64,000 bases of DNA from an uncultured Candidatus Saccharibacteria bacterium (GCA_964503795.1 CAZDBT010000001.1:4518-68517), one strand, 5' to 3'; shown: positions 19,928 to 30,539, counted from the stretch's first letter. A program made the numbers and translations. The notes: generated from the letters alone by a model not told the origin.

Positions 19928-19970
19928 ACAAAAAAGATTGTAAACTTTTTGACGAAAATGTCAAAAAATA

Positions 19971-20756
19971 TTAATTTAAATCGTAAAAATTCCTGAACAG
20001 TTCGGCTACTAAAACGGGGCCGGTGCCGCCGGGAGTGGGGGTGTAGAAACTAAGCGACTCGCGACTAGCGACTAGCGAATTGGGATCGAAGTCGCCGCGA
20101 ATTTTTCCGTCCACCATTCCAAACCCGAAATCAATGACTCCGGCGCCGGCCTTCAGCATTTCCTGCTTAATTAATCCCGGTTTCCCCGTTCCACAGATCA
20201 CCAAGTCGCAATCTTTGATACGGACCAGGTCCGTTCCGGTGTGAAAAACAACGACCTCCCGGCACTTCCCGGAAAACCATTCCGCGATCGGGCGGCCGAC
20301 CAACAGACCGCGCCCGACCACTCCCACTACTTTATCGGTGATCGGGAAATTAACCTCCTTTAAAATGTCCAGAACCGCTAAAACCGCCGGCGGCACCGCC
20401 GCTCCTTTTCCAGTCAAAGCATCAACGTCTTTCTCCACAGGCAAAACCGTCAGGATGGCCGCTCGATCATATTTCTCCGGCAGGGGAAGCTGCAAAATGA
20501 ATCCGCCGACATTAGCGTTAGAAATGATTTTTATCAGCTCGGCGATTAATTCGCCCTCCGAAAGATCGGCGCTTAGATTGTGGACAACGAAGCGGATGCC
20601 GAGCTCATCGGCAATTTTCCCTTTTTGTTTCAAAAAACTGGCAGAGGCGGCATTTTCTCCGACCAAAACCGCCGCCAGTTCCTTTGATGGTGTCGGCCGA
20701 CTTTTCAATTCGGCAATTATTTTCCCGGCCAAAATCTTTCCATCTACTTTTATCAT
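19971..20756 (-). CDS. folD: Bifunctional methylene-THF dehydrogenase/methenyl-THF cyclohydrolase
   Basis: Start at MIKVDGKILAGKIIAEL (ATG 20756, 4 nt after the glyA stop). LAAVLVGENAASASFLKQK and GKPGLIKQEM motifs are present. Confidence 0.8.
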   Translation of the reverse strand: MIKVDGKILAGKIIAELKSRPTPSKELAAVLVGENAASASFLKQKGKIADELGIRFVVHNLSADLSEGELIAELIKIISNANVGGFILQLPLPEKYDRAAILTVLPVEKDVDALTGKGAAVPPAVLAVLDILKEVNFPITDKVVGVVGRGLLVGRPIAEWFSGKCREVVVFHTGTDLVRIKDCDLVICGTGKPGLIKQEMLKAGAGVIDFGFGMVDGKIRGDFDPNSLVASRESLSFYTPTPGGTGPVLVAELFRNFYDLN

Positions 20757-20760
20757 TAAA

Positions 20761-22008
20761 TTAAAATTTGTAAGGGAGGGGGAACTTTTTGCAGAGCTTT
20801 TGAACTTCGGCCAAAACATTCTCCTTCTTTATTAAGGATCGCCAGATCAGATCCGCCACGATCTTCATTTCTTTTTCTTTCATTCCCCTGGTAGTCAACG
20901 CCGGAGTTCCCATCCGCAATCCGCTCGGTTTTAGTGGCGAGGGATCGCCCGGAATGGAATTCCGGTTGGCGTTTATATTACTGGCTTCCAAGGCCTTTTC
21001 GGCAGTCTTCCCATCGATCTCCGAGCCTCGTAGATCAACCACTAGAAGATGATTGTCGGTACCGCCGGTCAGCAATTTAAATCCCAGCTTCATTAAAGAT
21101 TCAGCCAGTTTTTTAGAATTCTTCAGGGTCTGCTCCTGATATTTTTTAAATTCCGGCTGACTCGCCTCCCAGAACATCAACGCCCGAGCGGCAGTAGAAT
21201 TATTGTGTGGCCCGCCCTGCATTCCGGGAAAAACCGCCTTATCAATAGCATCGGAAATCAGCAGGTCGGATTTTTCACTTTTCACTTTCAACTTTTTACT
21301 ATAAATAACCGCTCCGCGGGGACCGCGCAGGGTTTTGTGGGTCGTGGTCATCACCACGTCGGCGTAAGGAAACGGGGAGGGATGCAGGTCAGCCAGCACC
21401 AAACCGGCAATGTGGGAAATATCGGCCAGGTGATAGGCGCCGACTCCCTCGGCGATCGCGCCGATCTTCTGGAAATCAATCTTCCGCGGATAAGCCGTTA
21501 GACCAGAAACGATCACTTTTGGCTTGTTGGCCCTAGCCAACTTTTCCAGCTCCGCATAGTTGATCAATCCGGTTTTCTCATCCACGCCATAATGCACGAC
21601 TTTGTAGGCTTTGCCGGAAAAATTAACTTTATGTCCGTGAGTAAGATGACCGCCGGCGTCTAAACGCAAACCCATCAGGGTATCGCCGAACTCCATCAGA
21701 GCGGAGTAAATTTCCAGATTGGCCGGCGAACCGGAATAAGGCTGAACATTCACTGACCACTCATCGGCGTTCAGGCCAAAAACTTCCAAGCCTCTCTGCT
21801 GGGCCAATTTTTCTATCTCGTCATAATAAAAATTTCCGGGATAATATCTTTTGCCAGGATAACCCTCCGAATATTTATTGGCTAACGGGGACCCCATTAG
21901 CTCCAAGATCTCCGACGATGCATAATTTTCCGACGGGATCAGATCCAAAGTTTCGTTTTGCCGCTTGATCTCGGCTTTAACCAAATTATTTAAAATCTTA
22001 TCGGTCAT
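20761..22008 (-). CDS. glyA: Serine hydroxymethyltransferase
   Basis: 415 aa. DLIPSENYASSEILELMGSPLANKYSEGYPGKRYY and VVMTTTHKTLRGPRG are canonical SHMT motifs. Confidence 0.95.
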   Translation of the reverse strand: MTDKILNNLVKAEIKRQNETLDLIPSENYASSEILELMGSPLANKYSEGYPGKRYYPGNFYYDEIEKLAQQRGLEVFGLNADEWSVNVQPYSGSPANLEIYSALMEFGDTLMGLRLDAGGHLTHGHKVNFSGKAYKVVHYGVDEKTGLINYAELEKLARANKPKVIVSGLTAYPRKIDFQKIGAIAEGVGAYHLADISHIAGLVLADLHPSPFPYADVVMTTTHKTLRGPRGAVIYSKKLKVKSEKSDLLISDAIDKAVFPGMQGGPHNNSTAARALMFWEASQPEFKKYQEQTLKNSKKLAESLMKLGFKLLTGGTDNHLLVVDLRGSEIDGKTAEKALEASNINANRNSIPGDPSPLKPSGLRMGTPALTTRGMKEKEMKIVADLIWRSLIKKENVLAEVQKLCKKFPLPYKF

Positions 22009-22687
22009 TTTTTAATACGAAATAAGTATAGCGGCCGAACCACTGATTTGCCGGCAATAACCTCCAAAAAGCTTTCCGGCGATTCAGAAAACGGTATTTG
22101 AACTCCGGCTTGGCATAACCCAGTTCCAGCAATCTGAAATTGTTCAAAAAAGCTTTTTTAAATGTCGCTTTAGTGAAAAAGGTGATGTGATTATCGCTCT
22201 CCAACCAATGATACAAATTTCCACGGAATAAAAATAGCAACCGATTCAAAATATGGAAGGGGTTGGGCATGGAAACAATAAAGATCCCTCCCGGCTTGAG
22301 AACCCGGCTCACTTCTCTGATGAAATAATAGGGGTTTTCCAGATGCTCCACGGTCTGCAGAGAAACCACCGCATCAAAAGAATGATCGGGCCAGGGAATT
22401 GGCTGCAGACAAACATCTCCGGTCTTGAAATCAAATTTTTTGGCCTCCGGCTGCCGGTAATCGTCAATGTCCAAGCCGCTTATATTAGCGTAACCGGCCT
22501 GGGATAGCTGTAACAAAAAACCTCCGCTCGCGGAAGCGCAATCCAAGATCGCGCTCGCGGTATTGGGCGTATATCGCCTCACTAGACCCAAAGCCCGGCC
22601 ACTGCGGATATCCCAGCTGGCATGCTGCTGAAGCCCGGAGAGTTCCGGGCGTGAATTTTTTATTTCTTCCGGAGTTAAATATTTCAT
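21998..22687 (-). CDS. Class I SAM-dependent methyltransferase
   Basis: 229 aa. ILDCASASGGF is motif I and LKPGGIFIVSMPN is motif III. Confidence 0.6.
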   Translation of the reverse strand: MKYLTPEEIKNSRPELSGLQQHASWDIRSGRALGLVRRYTPNTASAILDCASASGGFLLQLSQAGYANISGLDIDDYRQPEAKKFDFKTGDVCLQPIPWPDHSFDAVVSLQTVEHLENPYYFIREVSRVLKPGGIFIVSMPNPFHILNRLLFLFRGNLYHWLESDNHITFFTKATFKKAFLNNFRLLELGYAKPEFKYRFLNRRKAFWRLLPANQWFGRYTYFVLKNDR

Positions 22688-22795
22688 CCCGTTAGAAATA
22701 TTGACCCAATAATGGCCTAGGGCTAAATATTGATTTCCTTTGGATAATTATCATATTTTCTTTATAACTGTGTTGGGTAGAATTTCTAACGGGAT
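22686..22795. promoter_or_regulatory. 14-bp perfect inverted repeat pair bracketing a 110-bp intergenic region
   Basis: ATCCCGTTAGAAAT at 22686-22699 (abutting the methyltransferase ATG) pairs with ATTTCTAACGGGAT at 22782-22795 (abutting the stop of the TagF-like gene). CCTAGG lies between them. Confidence 0.5.
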
Positions 22796-22796
22796 T

Positions 22797-24140
22797 TCAT
22801 AGATTTTTCATAACCAGGTCCGCCAGCCGGGCGCCCGAACGGCCATCAAGACCTGGGCAGAAACTCTCGGCAAGCCCGCGACGGGCATCTCTGCCGATCT
22901 CGGGATGCGCCAGATCTTCTTTAATATACTCTAGCAGTTCTTCGCTATTCCGCGCGATCTTAATGCCTCCGGTCCGGATCGCCGATTCCTGGTGCTCATA
23001 ATCGTAATAACGGCTCAATCTCTGCCAATAGGGCTTAACTTTAGCGCCGTCAAAGCCGATCAATACCGTCGGTTTACCAAAAACTGCCGCGTCCAAAATT
23101 ACACTGGATGGGCCGGTGACCACTAGATCACTATGATAGAGCAGGTCGGCGAAATGAGCGTCATCGTGCCGACTCAACAAAGACTCCTCAAGGCGCGCGG
23201 CATTGCCGGGCCGGTCGAAAACGATATATGGCGGGGCCACAAAATCACCGACGTTCAGCTCTCCGAAAATAGGAAAGCGCACCACTACCTGTTCGCCCGC
23301 GCGGGCAATAGTTTTCAACAGATAAGGATTCAAGGATCTATCGCCGGTCCAAATATCGCTGGGCGGGGCGAAGAATATCAGCTTACGGGTGGGATCGAGC
23401 TTGATCTTCTGAAAAAGATCTTTTCTGGAAATCCGGACGCCGGTAATATAGGCATCGTAATGCGGAACACCCACCACCACTATCCGGTCGGTCGGAACGC
23501 TATGATAAGCAACGGCTTGGCTTTTTATATCCTCGGTTTGGACGGCCAGAATGTCGGGCAGGGTCCTCAATAAACCTTTGGTAGTCATGCTGTCCCAAGA
23601 GCGAGACATACCCACACTAAAAATTCCCCGGCGGCGCGCCGCTCTTATCAAAGCCGCGTCGCTGGATTCCTGGACTCGCAGATCCTGGATATCGGTGGCC
23701 AGAACCGCAGCGGGGCGATAGCGATCAAATAAGTCCTCAAACCCCCCGCTAGAAACCAGTCGGTAATCCAAATACCGGAATATCTTCCTGATCACCGGCC
23801 AGCCGCCCAACCCATTCAGGAATGCGGTCAAAAAATACCAAAAATAATTATGGTCTTTTCTCAATCGAACCAGCCGATGGATCTTTTTGCTGCGCGTGCG
23901 CAACAGATTCCAGGATAAAAGATGGAAGAGAAGGTTGATCTTAGCCATTGGCCGAATCGGCACTTCTTCCACTATGATATTGGGACCGCCGAATTCCTTG
24001 CGGAAGAAATCGCCATTCTTTTCGGGCGCCAGTAAAACTATCCGCAGATCCCGACGGCCGCGTAAGATCCTGAAGAACTCCGTTTCTAAAATGTTACGGA
24101 CCGCCAAATTAAAGAAACAGGTTATGAAAATAGTCTTCAT
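22797..24140 (-). CDS. CDP-glycerol glycerophosphotransferase (TagF/TagB)-like family protein
   Basis: 447 aa. The C-terminal SDLVVTGPSSVILDAAVFGKPTVLIG resembles the conserved TagF C-terminal core. Assignment is tentative. Confidence 0.4.
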   Translation of the reverse strand: MKTIFITCFFNLAVRNILETEFFRILRGRRDLRIVLLAPEKNGDFFRKEFGGPNIIVEEVPIRPMAKINLLFHLLSWNLLRTRSKKIHRLVRLRKDHNYFWYFLTAFLNGLGGWPVIRKIFRYLDYRLVSSGGFEDLFDRYRPAAVLATDIQDLRVQESSDAALIRAARRRGIFSVGMSRSWDSMTTKGLLRTLPDILAVQTEDIKSQAVAYHSVPTDRIVVVGVPHYDAYITGVRISRKDLFQKIKLDPTRKLIFFAPPSDIWTGDRSLNPYLLKTIARAGEQVVVRFPIFGELNVGDFVAPPYIVFDRPGNAARLEESLLSRHDDAHFADLLYHSDLVVTGPSSVILDAAVFGKPTVLIGFDGAKVKPYWQRLSRYYDYEHQESAIRTGGIKIARNSEELLEYIKEDLAHPEIGRDARRGLAESFCPGLDGRSGARLADLVMKNL

Positions 24141-24153
24141 ATAAGAATAGGAT

Positions 24154-25554
24154 TCATAGGTTTGGGGCCTCGGGAGGCGAGCTGCGCCAAAAGAAAATTC
24201 TGGCGATCATTTTGCGCAGGAAATCTCGGTCAGCGCGGTCAAATTTTATAAAATTTTTGAACTTCATCTTAAATTCCGGACGCGCCTTAACCAGGCTGGT
24301 ATAGAAATAGTAGACCCGTTCAATGTAAACAAAAGTATAAACGAGTCCCGCGCCCAGAATTCCGAAGATCGGCAAGAGGATCACCGATCCCAAGGGAGTC
24401 ATCAGAGTTTCATTGATGATCCGCATGGTCAAGATCCGGTACTCCCTAAGAACCGAGAGCAGGGCTTTCAAGATCTTATAGAAACCATAGATCGGCATAG
24501 CCAGAAGCATCAACCGAAAAAGCGGTAGGGCGGGCGCGTACTTGGGGAATAAGAAAACAACGACCGGCGGCACCGCCACCAGCCCGACGATCGTCAGCAA
24601 CACTCCCAACCAGAAAGAATACTTAACCGTCCGCTGGAAAATAAAACCCAGTTCTTCCTTAGCGTCCGCCTTGAGCATAAAAATCGGGGAAAGTCCGTCC
24701 AGCGGAACGGCATTCTGTATAAAAGTTATGAGATTGACCGCCAGAGAATAGAAACCAACCGCCTCGGTATTAACGAAGAATTTTATGAAAAATGGGGCGG
24801 TGTTTTTGGATATCTTCGAGGCGCCGTAACGAATGGCCGCCCATTTTCCGTAACCGCTGAAGACTTTTCCGATCAAATGATCGGCCTGTGGCGCGACCTT
24901 ACCGAAAACGATCCAATATTTTCTCACTACCAACAATAGCCCCAATGCTAGAACCGAGATCGCCTCGGCGGAAACGTGAGCGATGATCACCTGAAGAATT
25001 GTAAATTGATTAGACAGCAGAAAAACAATTATGAAGGCCAGCTTAGCCACTTCCCGGATCGCCCCCAGGCTCCAATGGGCGAACGAGATGACGGATTTAA
25101 GAAACATGGTCTCCAAAGCCTGGATGGCGCCCGTTATCAGCAGCAATCCGGAGATCTTTATAAAAAGGGCGATGTCTTCTCCGTAAAATCCGGAAATTAT
25201 ATGCGCCCCCAGAAAGATTATCAGCGCCGAAAGGAGCGCAATGGGGATCTTGATCATGGCGCTGTCTAAAAATAGCCGCTTAGCGGCGGCTGGATTTTTA
25301 ACGTTGAAGTAACGCCGCATCTCCACGATGACGACGCCATCCACGAATTCCAAATTGAAATTGTCCAAAAGGTTAATGAAAGCCAACACCAGCTGATAAG
25401 AGCCGAATTGGAAGACGCTAAGAGTGTGGATGATGAAATAAGAATTCACCAGACCGAAAACCATCGCTATGTTGTCAAAAAATTTCTTAAGAAACTCGCT
25501 TTTCGCGAAATAGTGGAATAGAGGGTTTTTCTGGTCTTTGAGATCAACGATCAT
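24154..25554 (-). CDS. Polysaccharide/oligosaccharide flippase (Wzx-like, MOP superfamily)
   Basis: 466 aa. About 12-14 hydrophobic helices throughout, and it lies in the glycan locus. Confidence 0.6.
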   Translation of the reverse strand: MIVDLKDQKNPLFHYFAKSEFLKKFFDNIAMVFGLVNSYFIIHTLSVFQFGSYQLVLAFINLLDNFNLEFVDGVVIVEMRRYFNVKNPAAAKRLFLDSAMIKIPIALLSALIIFLGAHIISGFYGEDIALFIKISGLLLITGAIQALETMFLKSVISFAHWSLGAIREVAKLAFIIVFLLSNQFTILQVIIAHVSAEAISVLALGLLLVVRKYWIVFGKVAPQADHLIGKVFSGYGKWAAIRYGASKISKNTAPFFIKFFVNTEAVGFYSLAVNLITFIQNAVPLDGLSPIFMLKADAKEELGFIFQRTVKYSFWLGVLLTIVGLVAVPPVVVFLFPKYAPALPLFRLMLLAMPIYGFYKILKALLSVLREYRILTMRIINETLMTPLGSVILLPIFGILGAGLVYTFVYIERVYYFYTSLVKARPEFKMKFKNFIKFDRADRDFLRKMIARIFFWRSSPPEAPNL

Positions 25555-25555
25555 T

Positions 25556-26623
25556 TTAGGTAGAGAGGATGGCCTTATTCAGCTTATCCATTAAATCATT
25601 TAATCCGTGCTTGGCAATGATCAGCTCGCGCAAAGCTGCGCCGATCTCCCGCCGTTCCTCTTCCGATAAATTAACGAGTTCCGATATCCGGGCCGCCAAA
25701 GCGCCGGCATCGTTCTCCAGAAACATCAGCCGGTCCTGTAATTTCGGCGGCAGGATCTCCCTGAAAGCCAGATTGCTCACCAGCACCGGCAAACCGCATG
25801 CCATTGCTTCCAGCGTGCTCTTATCAAAACTGCCGGTAACGGTGAGATTCACGAATAGATCGTGCTGATTATAGATGGACGGTGTTTGAAAGTTAGGAAC
25901 GGGGGGGTGGAATCTGATCTTGGAGGCTATAACCGGATCTCCGGCCAGTTTTTTTATCTGCTCAAAGTAGGCCGCTTCCGAGTTTTTGCCGGGCGTCGGG
26001 CCGCCGACCACCGATAACTCTATGGCCGACCGGGAGGCGGCCATTTGAAAAGCTCGGATCAGCACATCTAGGTTCTTGACCGGAGAAATTCTCCCCAAAA
26101 AAAGAATTTTTAACGGCGGCTGGCCAGCTTTAAAACGATGCTCGATCGGCCGGAACAGGTCGGTGTCTATGCCCTGTTGAAGCACTAATAATTTTTTGCT
26201 TGGAAAAGGAAAAGCCCGTCGGGTAGAAGTTACAAGACGATCGGCCAACATAGCCGCCAGACGAATTTTCCAGTTAGAAATATAGTGAGCATACCACAAA
26301 ATGATTTTCTTTCCGGTTAACCTCCAAAATATCCCACCAAGCAGCACATATTCGGGATTCATATGAACGAATACCCGGTCGTACTCTTTCCGTAATTTCC
26401 AGATCAGACCTAAAAAACGAAAAATGAACCGGATCCGTGTCCGGCCCGATTCCTTGCCCAAAGAATAAACTGTAACATTGGCCGGCAATTCGGTTTTGCC
26501 CTGATACAGGCAAACAACCGTCACTTTTTCGCAGCGCTTGGCTTGGCCTTCTATCCAGCGATGATAAACTCCCAACACATCATCGTTTTTGTCCGCTTTT
26601 TGGGTGATGAATAATAACTTCAT
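25556..26623 (-). CDS. GT4 glycosyltransferase
   Basis: 355 aa. The C-terminal FDKSTLEAMACGLPVLVSN is a GT4 motif. Confidence 0.65.
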   Translation of the reverse strand: MKLLFITQKADKNDDVLGVYHRWIEGQAKRCEKVTVVCLYQGKTELPANVTVYSLGKESGRTRIRFIFRFLGLIWKLRKEYDRVFVHMNPEYVLLGGIFWRLTGKKIILWYAHYISNWKIRLAAMLADRLVTSTRRAFPFPSKKLLVLQQGIDTDLFRPIEHRFKAGQPPLKILFLGRISPVKNLDVLIRAFQMAASRSAIELSVVGGPTPGKNSEAAYFEQIKKLAGDPVIASKIRFHPPVPNFQTPSIYNQHDLFVNLTVTGSFDKSTLEAMACGLPVLVSNLAFREILPPKLQDRLMFLENDAGALAARISELVNLSEEERREIGAALRELIIAKHGLNDLMDKLNKAILST

Positions 26624-26626
26624 AAG

Positions 26627-27685
26627 TTAGAAAGTTAAACTTTTCTTAAATTGATCAAAGTATTGCTCCTTGGTTGGCCAATTTTTAAAAAATTCATTTT
26701 GTTGTTCAACCAACTTTTTTCTCTTTTCCGGGCTCCGGATCAATTCTTCAATGATCGCGACCGCCTTTTCTTTATCGCCGACCGGGAAAATAGCTCCCAA
26801 CGCCACGCCAACATCGGTCATCACCACTGGCACCACGGCAGCAGCAGCCTCCACTGCAACCATCCCATAACCCTCATAATTTGAGGTTAGTAAAAATAAA
26901 TCAGCAGCTTTATAGTATCGGGCTTTCAAATCCTGATTATCCAAGGCCTCATCTAGCCACTCAGCGCCAACGTCGTTTCTACCATACCCAAAATGAAACC
27001 ATTTAACCCGATTCCCTCGTTTCTTTAGCTCGCCGATTATATCATTCGCTAAAGCCATGTTTTTCTCCGGGCCTTTCCGCGCCACAGTTAATATCAAAAA
27101 ATCTTCGCGGGCAATCTTGAGCGCATCGCGAGATACAGGAGAGGCCAATCTGAAAGTCTCCTTGTCCACAAAGATCGGTAGCACGGCAATCTTACTTTCT
27201 AATTTGGCATCGAGAACAACTAAGGATTTTTTGATGCGCTCCGAAACAACTCGAATCCGATCCGCTTTCCGGACAATTTTTTTTGCGATTACAACTCGCA
27301 ATCGGTTTTTCAAAGATGCCCGGCCAAAATATGAGCTCATAAAATCAGTGTGAATTTGGACCTGGAAAGGGATCCGGAGGGTTTTTTTCAGCCGATAGGC
27401 CACCCAGCCGGTTTCAAATGGATCCTGCGATGAGACCACCCAGCCGCCGCCATCCCCCATTACTTTCCGGCCCAATCGAATCGCGCGCGCGAAATATCCC
27501 ATCCGGAACCGATTGTTGGTCGGGAGAATCGAGACATTACCGATCTCTTCTTTTATTTTTCCCGGTCGCGTATAAACCACGACGCAGAGCTCTTCAAATA
27601 ATTTCCCGTATTCTAAAATTCTAGCGCGCGCCGGGCTCGCTTCGTTGAATATCTGGGAGTCGGTTGATAATAATAGAACTTTCAT
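26627..27685 (-). CDS. GT4 glycosyltransferase
   Basis: 352 aa. YEGYGMVAVEAAAAVVPVVMTDVG is a GT4 motif. Confidence 0.6.
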   Translation of the reverse strand: MKVLLLSTDSQIFNEASPARARILEYGKLFEELCVVVYTRPGKIKEEIGNVSILPTNNRFRMGYFARAIRLGRKVMGDGGGWVVSSQDPFETGWVAYRLKKTLRIPFQVQIHTDFMSSYFGRASLKNRLRVVIAKKIVRKADRIRVVSERIKKSLVVLDAKLESKIAVLPIFVDKETFRLASPVSRDALKIAREDFLILTVARKGPEKNMALANDIIGELKKRGNRVKWFHFGYGRNDVGAEWLDEALDNQDLKARYYKAADLFLLTSNYEGYGMVAVEAAAAVVPVVMTDVGVALGAIFPVGDKEKAVAIIEELIRSPEKRKKLVEQQNEFFKNWPTKEQYFDQFKKSLTF

Positions 27686-27692
27686 TATTTCT

Positions 27693-28331
27693 TTATTTCT
27701 TTAATACAAAAAACCGGTGGTAATGATCCAGTACCGGGCTGATCTCTTTTTCTATACGGAAAAATTTACGGATAGTTCCTCTAACCTTGCTTAGGGGAGT
27801 TTTAAAAAGATCTATCTCCCAATAATGCTGGCCGGAAACCTTGATGCCGCCGAAGGGCAATGGAATCCGGAAATGAATGTCCAAAAACAACCGGCGAAAA
27901 ATTGTCCGGACGAACGGAAACTTCAAAACCATTTCAAAGTAGGTGGACTTATAGGGAACGGAAATGAGAACCCGGCCGCCGGAGACTCGTTTCAATTCCG
28001 CCAGCGCCACCTCCACGTCCGCGAACGGCAGATGCTCTAAAACCTCAAAAGCCGTAACCAGATCAAAACTGTTATCCGGAAAAGGCAATTTGCGGATATC
28101 GGCTACCACATCGGGGCCCAGGTCTTTATCAAAATCACAAGTGGTGACCTGATAGCCCAACTTCTTCAGATAGTCCGAAAAAAATCCATTGCCCTTGCCG
28201 ATCTCTAAAATCTTGGCCCCCGCCTCAACCGCTTCCTGCGAAAGATCTATCTGATAGAAATAGGAAATAAAACGATCCAGGGTATCGTATTTTTTCCGGA
28301 AATAATGGTCTTTTTTAACCTGTATGTTCAT
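27693..28331 (-). CDS. Class I SAM-dependent methyltransferase
   Basis: 212 aa. ILEIGKGNGFF is motif I and FDLVTAFEVLEHL is the post-motif II region. Confidence 0.6.
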   Translation of the reverse strand: MNIQVKKDHYFRKKYDTLDRFISYFYQIDLSQEAVEAGAKILEIGKGNGFFSDYLKKLGYQVTTCDFDKDLGPDVVADIRKLPFPDNSFDLVTAFEVLEHLPFADVEVALAELKRVSGGRVLISVPYKSTYFEMVLKFPFVRTIFRRLFLDIHFRIPLPFGGIKVSGQHYWEIDLFKTPLSKVRGTIRKFFRIEKEISPVLDHYHRFFVLKK

Positions 28332-29400
28332 TGATTAGTTTTACTAGATTATCCACGGTGCGTTCGATGGTGAAATTCTTTGCTTTGTCTCGCGCGGCCA
28401 ACGCAACATGATTACTAAAATTGCTATCTATCTGCATCCTATTTATGGCTGCGAGGATCTGCTCCTTGTTGTTCGGCTCTATCAAGATGCCCTCTTTGCC
28501 GCTTTCTATCAACTCAGGAATACTTCCTATATTGGTAGCAATTACCGGCAAGCCGGCGTTCATTGCCTCAGCGACCGCAAAAGAAAAACTTTCGAAAGCG
28601 GTATTCAAAATGAACAATCCCGCATTGGGCAGGTATTCTTTTAGCATCACTTCACGACTAACATCTCCGGGCAATTCAACGCGATCCTCAAGTTTGAGTT
28701 CCTTGATGATGTTAACTAGCCTGCCTCGATCTGGTCCGTCACCGATAATGACTAGCCGGGAACCGACAAGCTCGGGTTCAGTCATCAAGTGAATTAGAAA
28801 ATCAAAGCCCTTCCAGGGCACAAGACGCCCCACCGATATGAACATCTTTGGATCCCTAGCTGTCATAACCACCGGATCAAATTTGATCCCATTATAAATC
28901 GTTTTCACCCTGTCAGGATTTTTTATCCAACCGCCAACGAGTTTCCGAAAATAGTTGCTTGGCGTGATCACCAGATCCGCGCGACCGACAACGAACCGTT
29001 GGATCGCCCGCAATAACCCGACTCGCCAACCGTATCTTTTATGCTGGAAATCATCTATCGTATCGCCCACGCCGAAACGTTGCGCCGATTGTTCCCAAGC
29101 ATAATCTCCCGCGACGCGAATAAAAAATCTCTTGCCCCGTAGTCGCGCGGCGATCAACGCCGGCAAACCAACGCTCACCGGATCTTGCGCGTAAACGACG
29201 TCGCAATTTTTAGCCTTCCAAAAACAGTCCCACAGATACAAACAATGCCGGATCAACTTCGGCTTCTTCCGATATTCCGTAAAGGCCAGATGATCAACCA
29301 CAAAGCCGCGGCTTGGAAGCTCTTTTTCCATAAGAACCGTGTAAGTGGCCGGACCGCCAATATCCGGAGGATATATTCCGGTAGCAATTAGGATTCGCAT
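28315..29400 (-). CDS. GT4 glycosyltransferase
   Basis: 361 aa. ESFSFAVAEAMNAGLPVIATNIGSIPE is a GT4 motif. Confidence 0.7.
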   Translation of the reverse strand: MRILIATGIYPPDIGGPATYTVLMEKELPSRGFVVDHLAFTEYRKKPKLIRHCLYLWDCFWKAKNCDVVYAQDPVSVGLPALIAARLRGKRFFIRVAGDYAWEQSAQRFGVGDTIDDFQHKRYGWRVGLLRAIQRFVVGRADLVITPSNYFRKLVGGWIKNPDRVKTIYNGIKFDPVVMTARDPKMFISVGRLVPWKGFDFLIHLMTEPELVGSRLVIIGDGPDRGRLVNIIKELKLEDRVELPGDVSREVMLKEYLPNAGLFILNTAFESFSFAVAEAMNAGLPVIATNIGSIPELIESGKEGILIEPNNKEQILAAINRMQIDSNFSNHVALAARDKAKNFTIERTVDNLVKLINEHTG

Positions 29401-30539
29401 AATTTTTGGAAAATATTCCTCATTTTTGCCGCAACAATATCCCAGGTATATTTTTCGGCGATCAATTTTTTGCCATTCGCGATCAGCTTCTCCCGTAAGT
29501 TCCGGTCGCCGGACAAACGGTCTAGCTTTTCGGCTAGATCCCCGGGGTCATCCACTTTAGCGAATAACCCGGTCTCGCCGTCTTTGAGAAAATCCGGTAT
29601 ACCCCCAACATTAGTGCCGATGATCGGCAGACCGATCGCCATCGCTTCCAGAAAAGAATTACCCAGACCCTCCGAACGCGACGCCCGCGCAAAGACAGTA
29701 GACCGTAGCAAGTAGGAGGGTATTTGGTCTGGCTCTATATGACCAAGAAACTGCACCTGATCTCCAATGCCCAGATCTTTAGTCAACAATTCAAGTTTTT
29801 GACGTTCCGGTCCGTCGCCCAGGATCAGTAGCTTGTAACTAGCAGTATGTAACAGTGGTAATGACCTGATCAAAATATCAACGCCATTTTTGTACACTAA
29901 TCGTGAGGTGGTGATAATTATATGAGACTTATTGGTCCTATAAGACTTATCGGTCCTATAATTGGCCAAATCTACCCCATTAGGAATAACTTCGATCGGG
30001 CAACGGGCTCCGTGCCGGCGCGCAAAATCCGCCAAAAAATTGCTGATGACCTGAATATAGTCCGCTTTTTTGAATATTTTTTTCCAGAGCGGATAGAAAA
30101 TGCCGACTTTTCCTAAAATATGCTCCTCGGAGTCCCCCTCTTGCAAAGTAAGCAGAAGAGGCACGCTCGGGTGCCGCAGTTTAAATATCAAGGCGGCTAT
30201 TCCCGCGTAAGAAGCCATCACCGCCCAGATCGCCGAAAAAGGCCGCCCGCGATGGATCTTTTCCGCGACCCGGACTGCCTGAAAAATATAAAGGATCTTT
30301 CCGAAAAGTCCTCCGTAGTAACTGCGCGGGGAGTTTTTCCCCCTGCCGATGCGCAAGATCGAACAATTATCAAAAGATTCCGCCGTAGGCCAGCTTCGGT
30401 CAAATTTCTTAGTAAAAACCACAAAGTCACTGGCCGGAGCGCGCGAGATGATCTCTTTAAGGGCGATCTCCGCCCCTCCGATGAACGGCGGATAAGCCAA
30501 ACTAAAAACCCCGATCGCTTGTTTTGACATCCGTCTCAT
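29388..30539 (-). CDS. GT4 glycosyltransferase carrying an in-frame 18-bp tandem duplication
   Basis: 383 aa. EGLGNSFLEAMAIGLPIIGTNVGGIPD is a GT4 motif. Codons at 29925-29960 encode the tandem YRTDKS-YRTNKS, derived from the duplicated motif AGACTTAT(T/C)GGTCCTATA. Confidence 0.7.
   Translation of the reverse strand: MRRMSKQAIGVFSLAYPPFIGGAEIALKEIISRAPASDFVVFTKKFDRSWPTAESFDNCSILRIGRGKNSPRSYYGGLFGKILYIFQAVRVAEKIHRGRPFSAIWAVMASYAGIAALIFKLRHPSVPLLLTLQEGDSEEHILGKVGIFYPLWKKIFKKADYIQVISNFLADFARRHGARCPIEVIPNGVDLANYRTDKSYRTNKSHIIITTSRLVYKNGVDILIRSLPLLHTASYKLLILGDGPERQKLELLTKDLGIGDQVQFLGHIEPDQIPSYLLRSTVFARASRSEGLGNSFLEAMAIGLPIIGTNVGGIPDFLKDGETGLFAKVDDPGDLAEKLDRLSGDRNLREKLIANGKKLIAEKYTWDIVAAKMRNIFQKLCES
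29925..29960. repeat. Tandem 18-bp direct duplication of the GGTCCTATAAGAC motif family (copy 1 of 3 loci)
   Basis: agacttattggtcctata immediately followed by agacttatcggtcctata, 17 of 18 identical. Confidence 0.8.
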
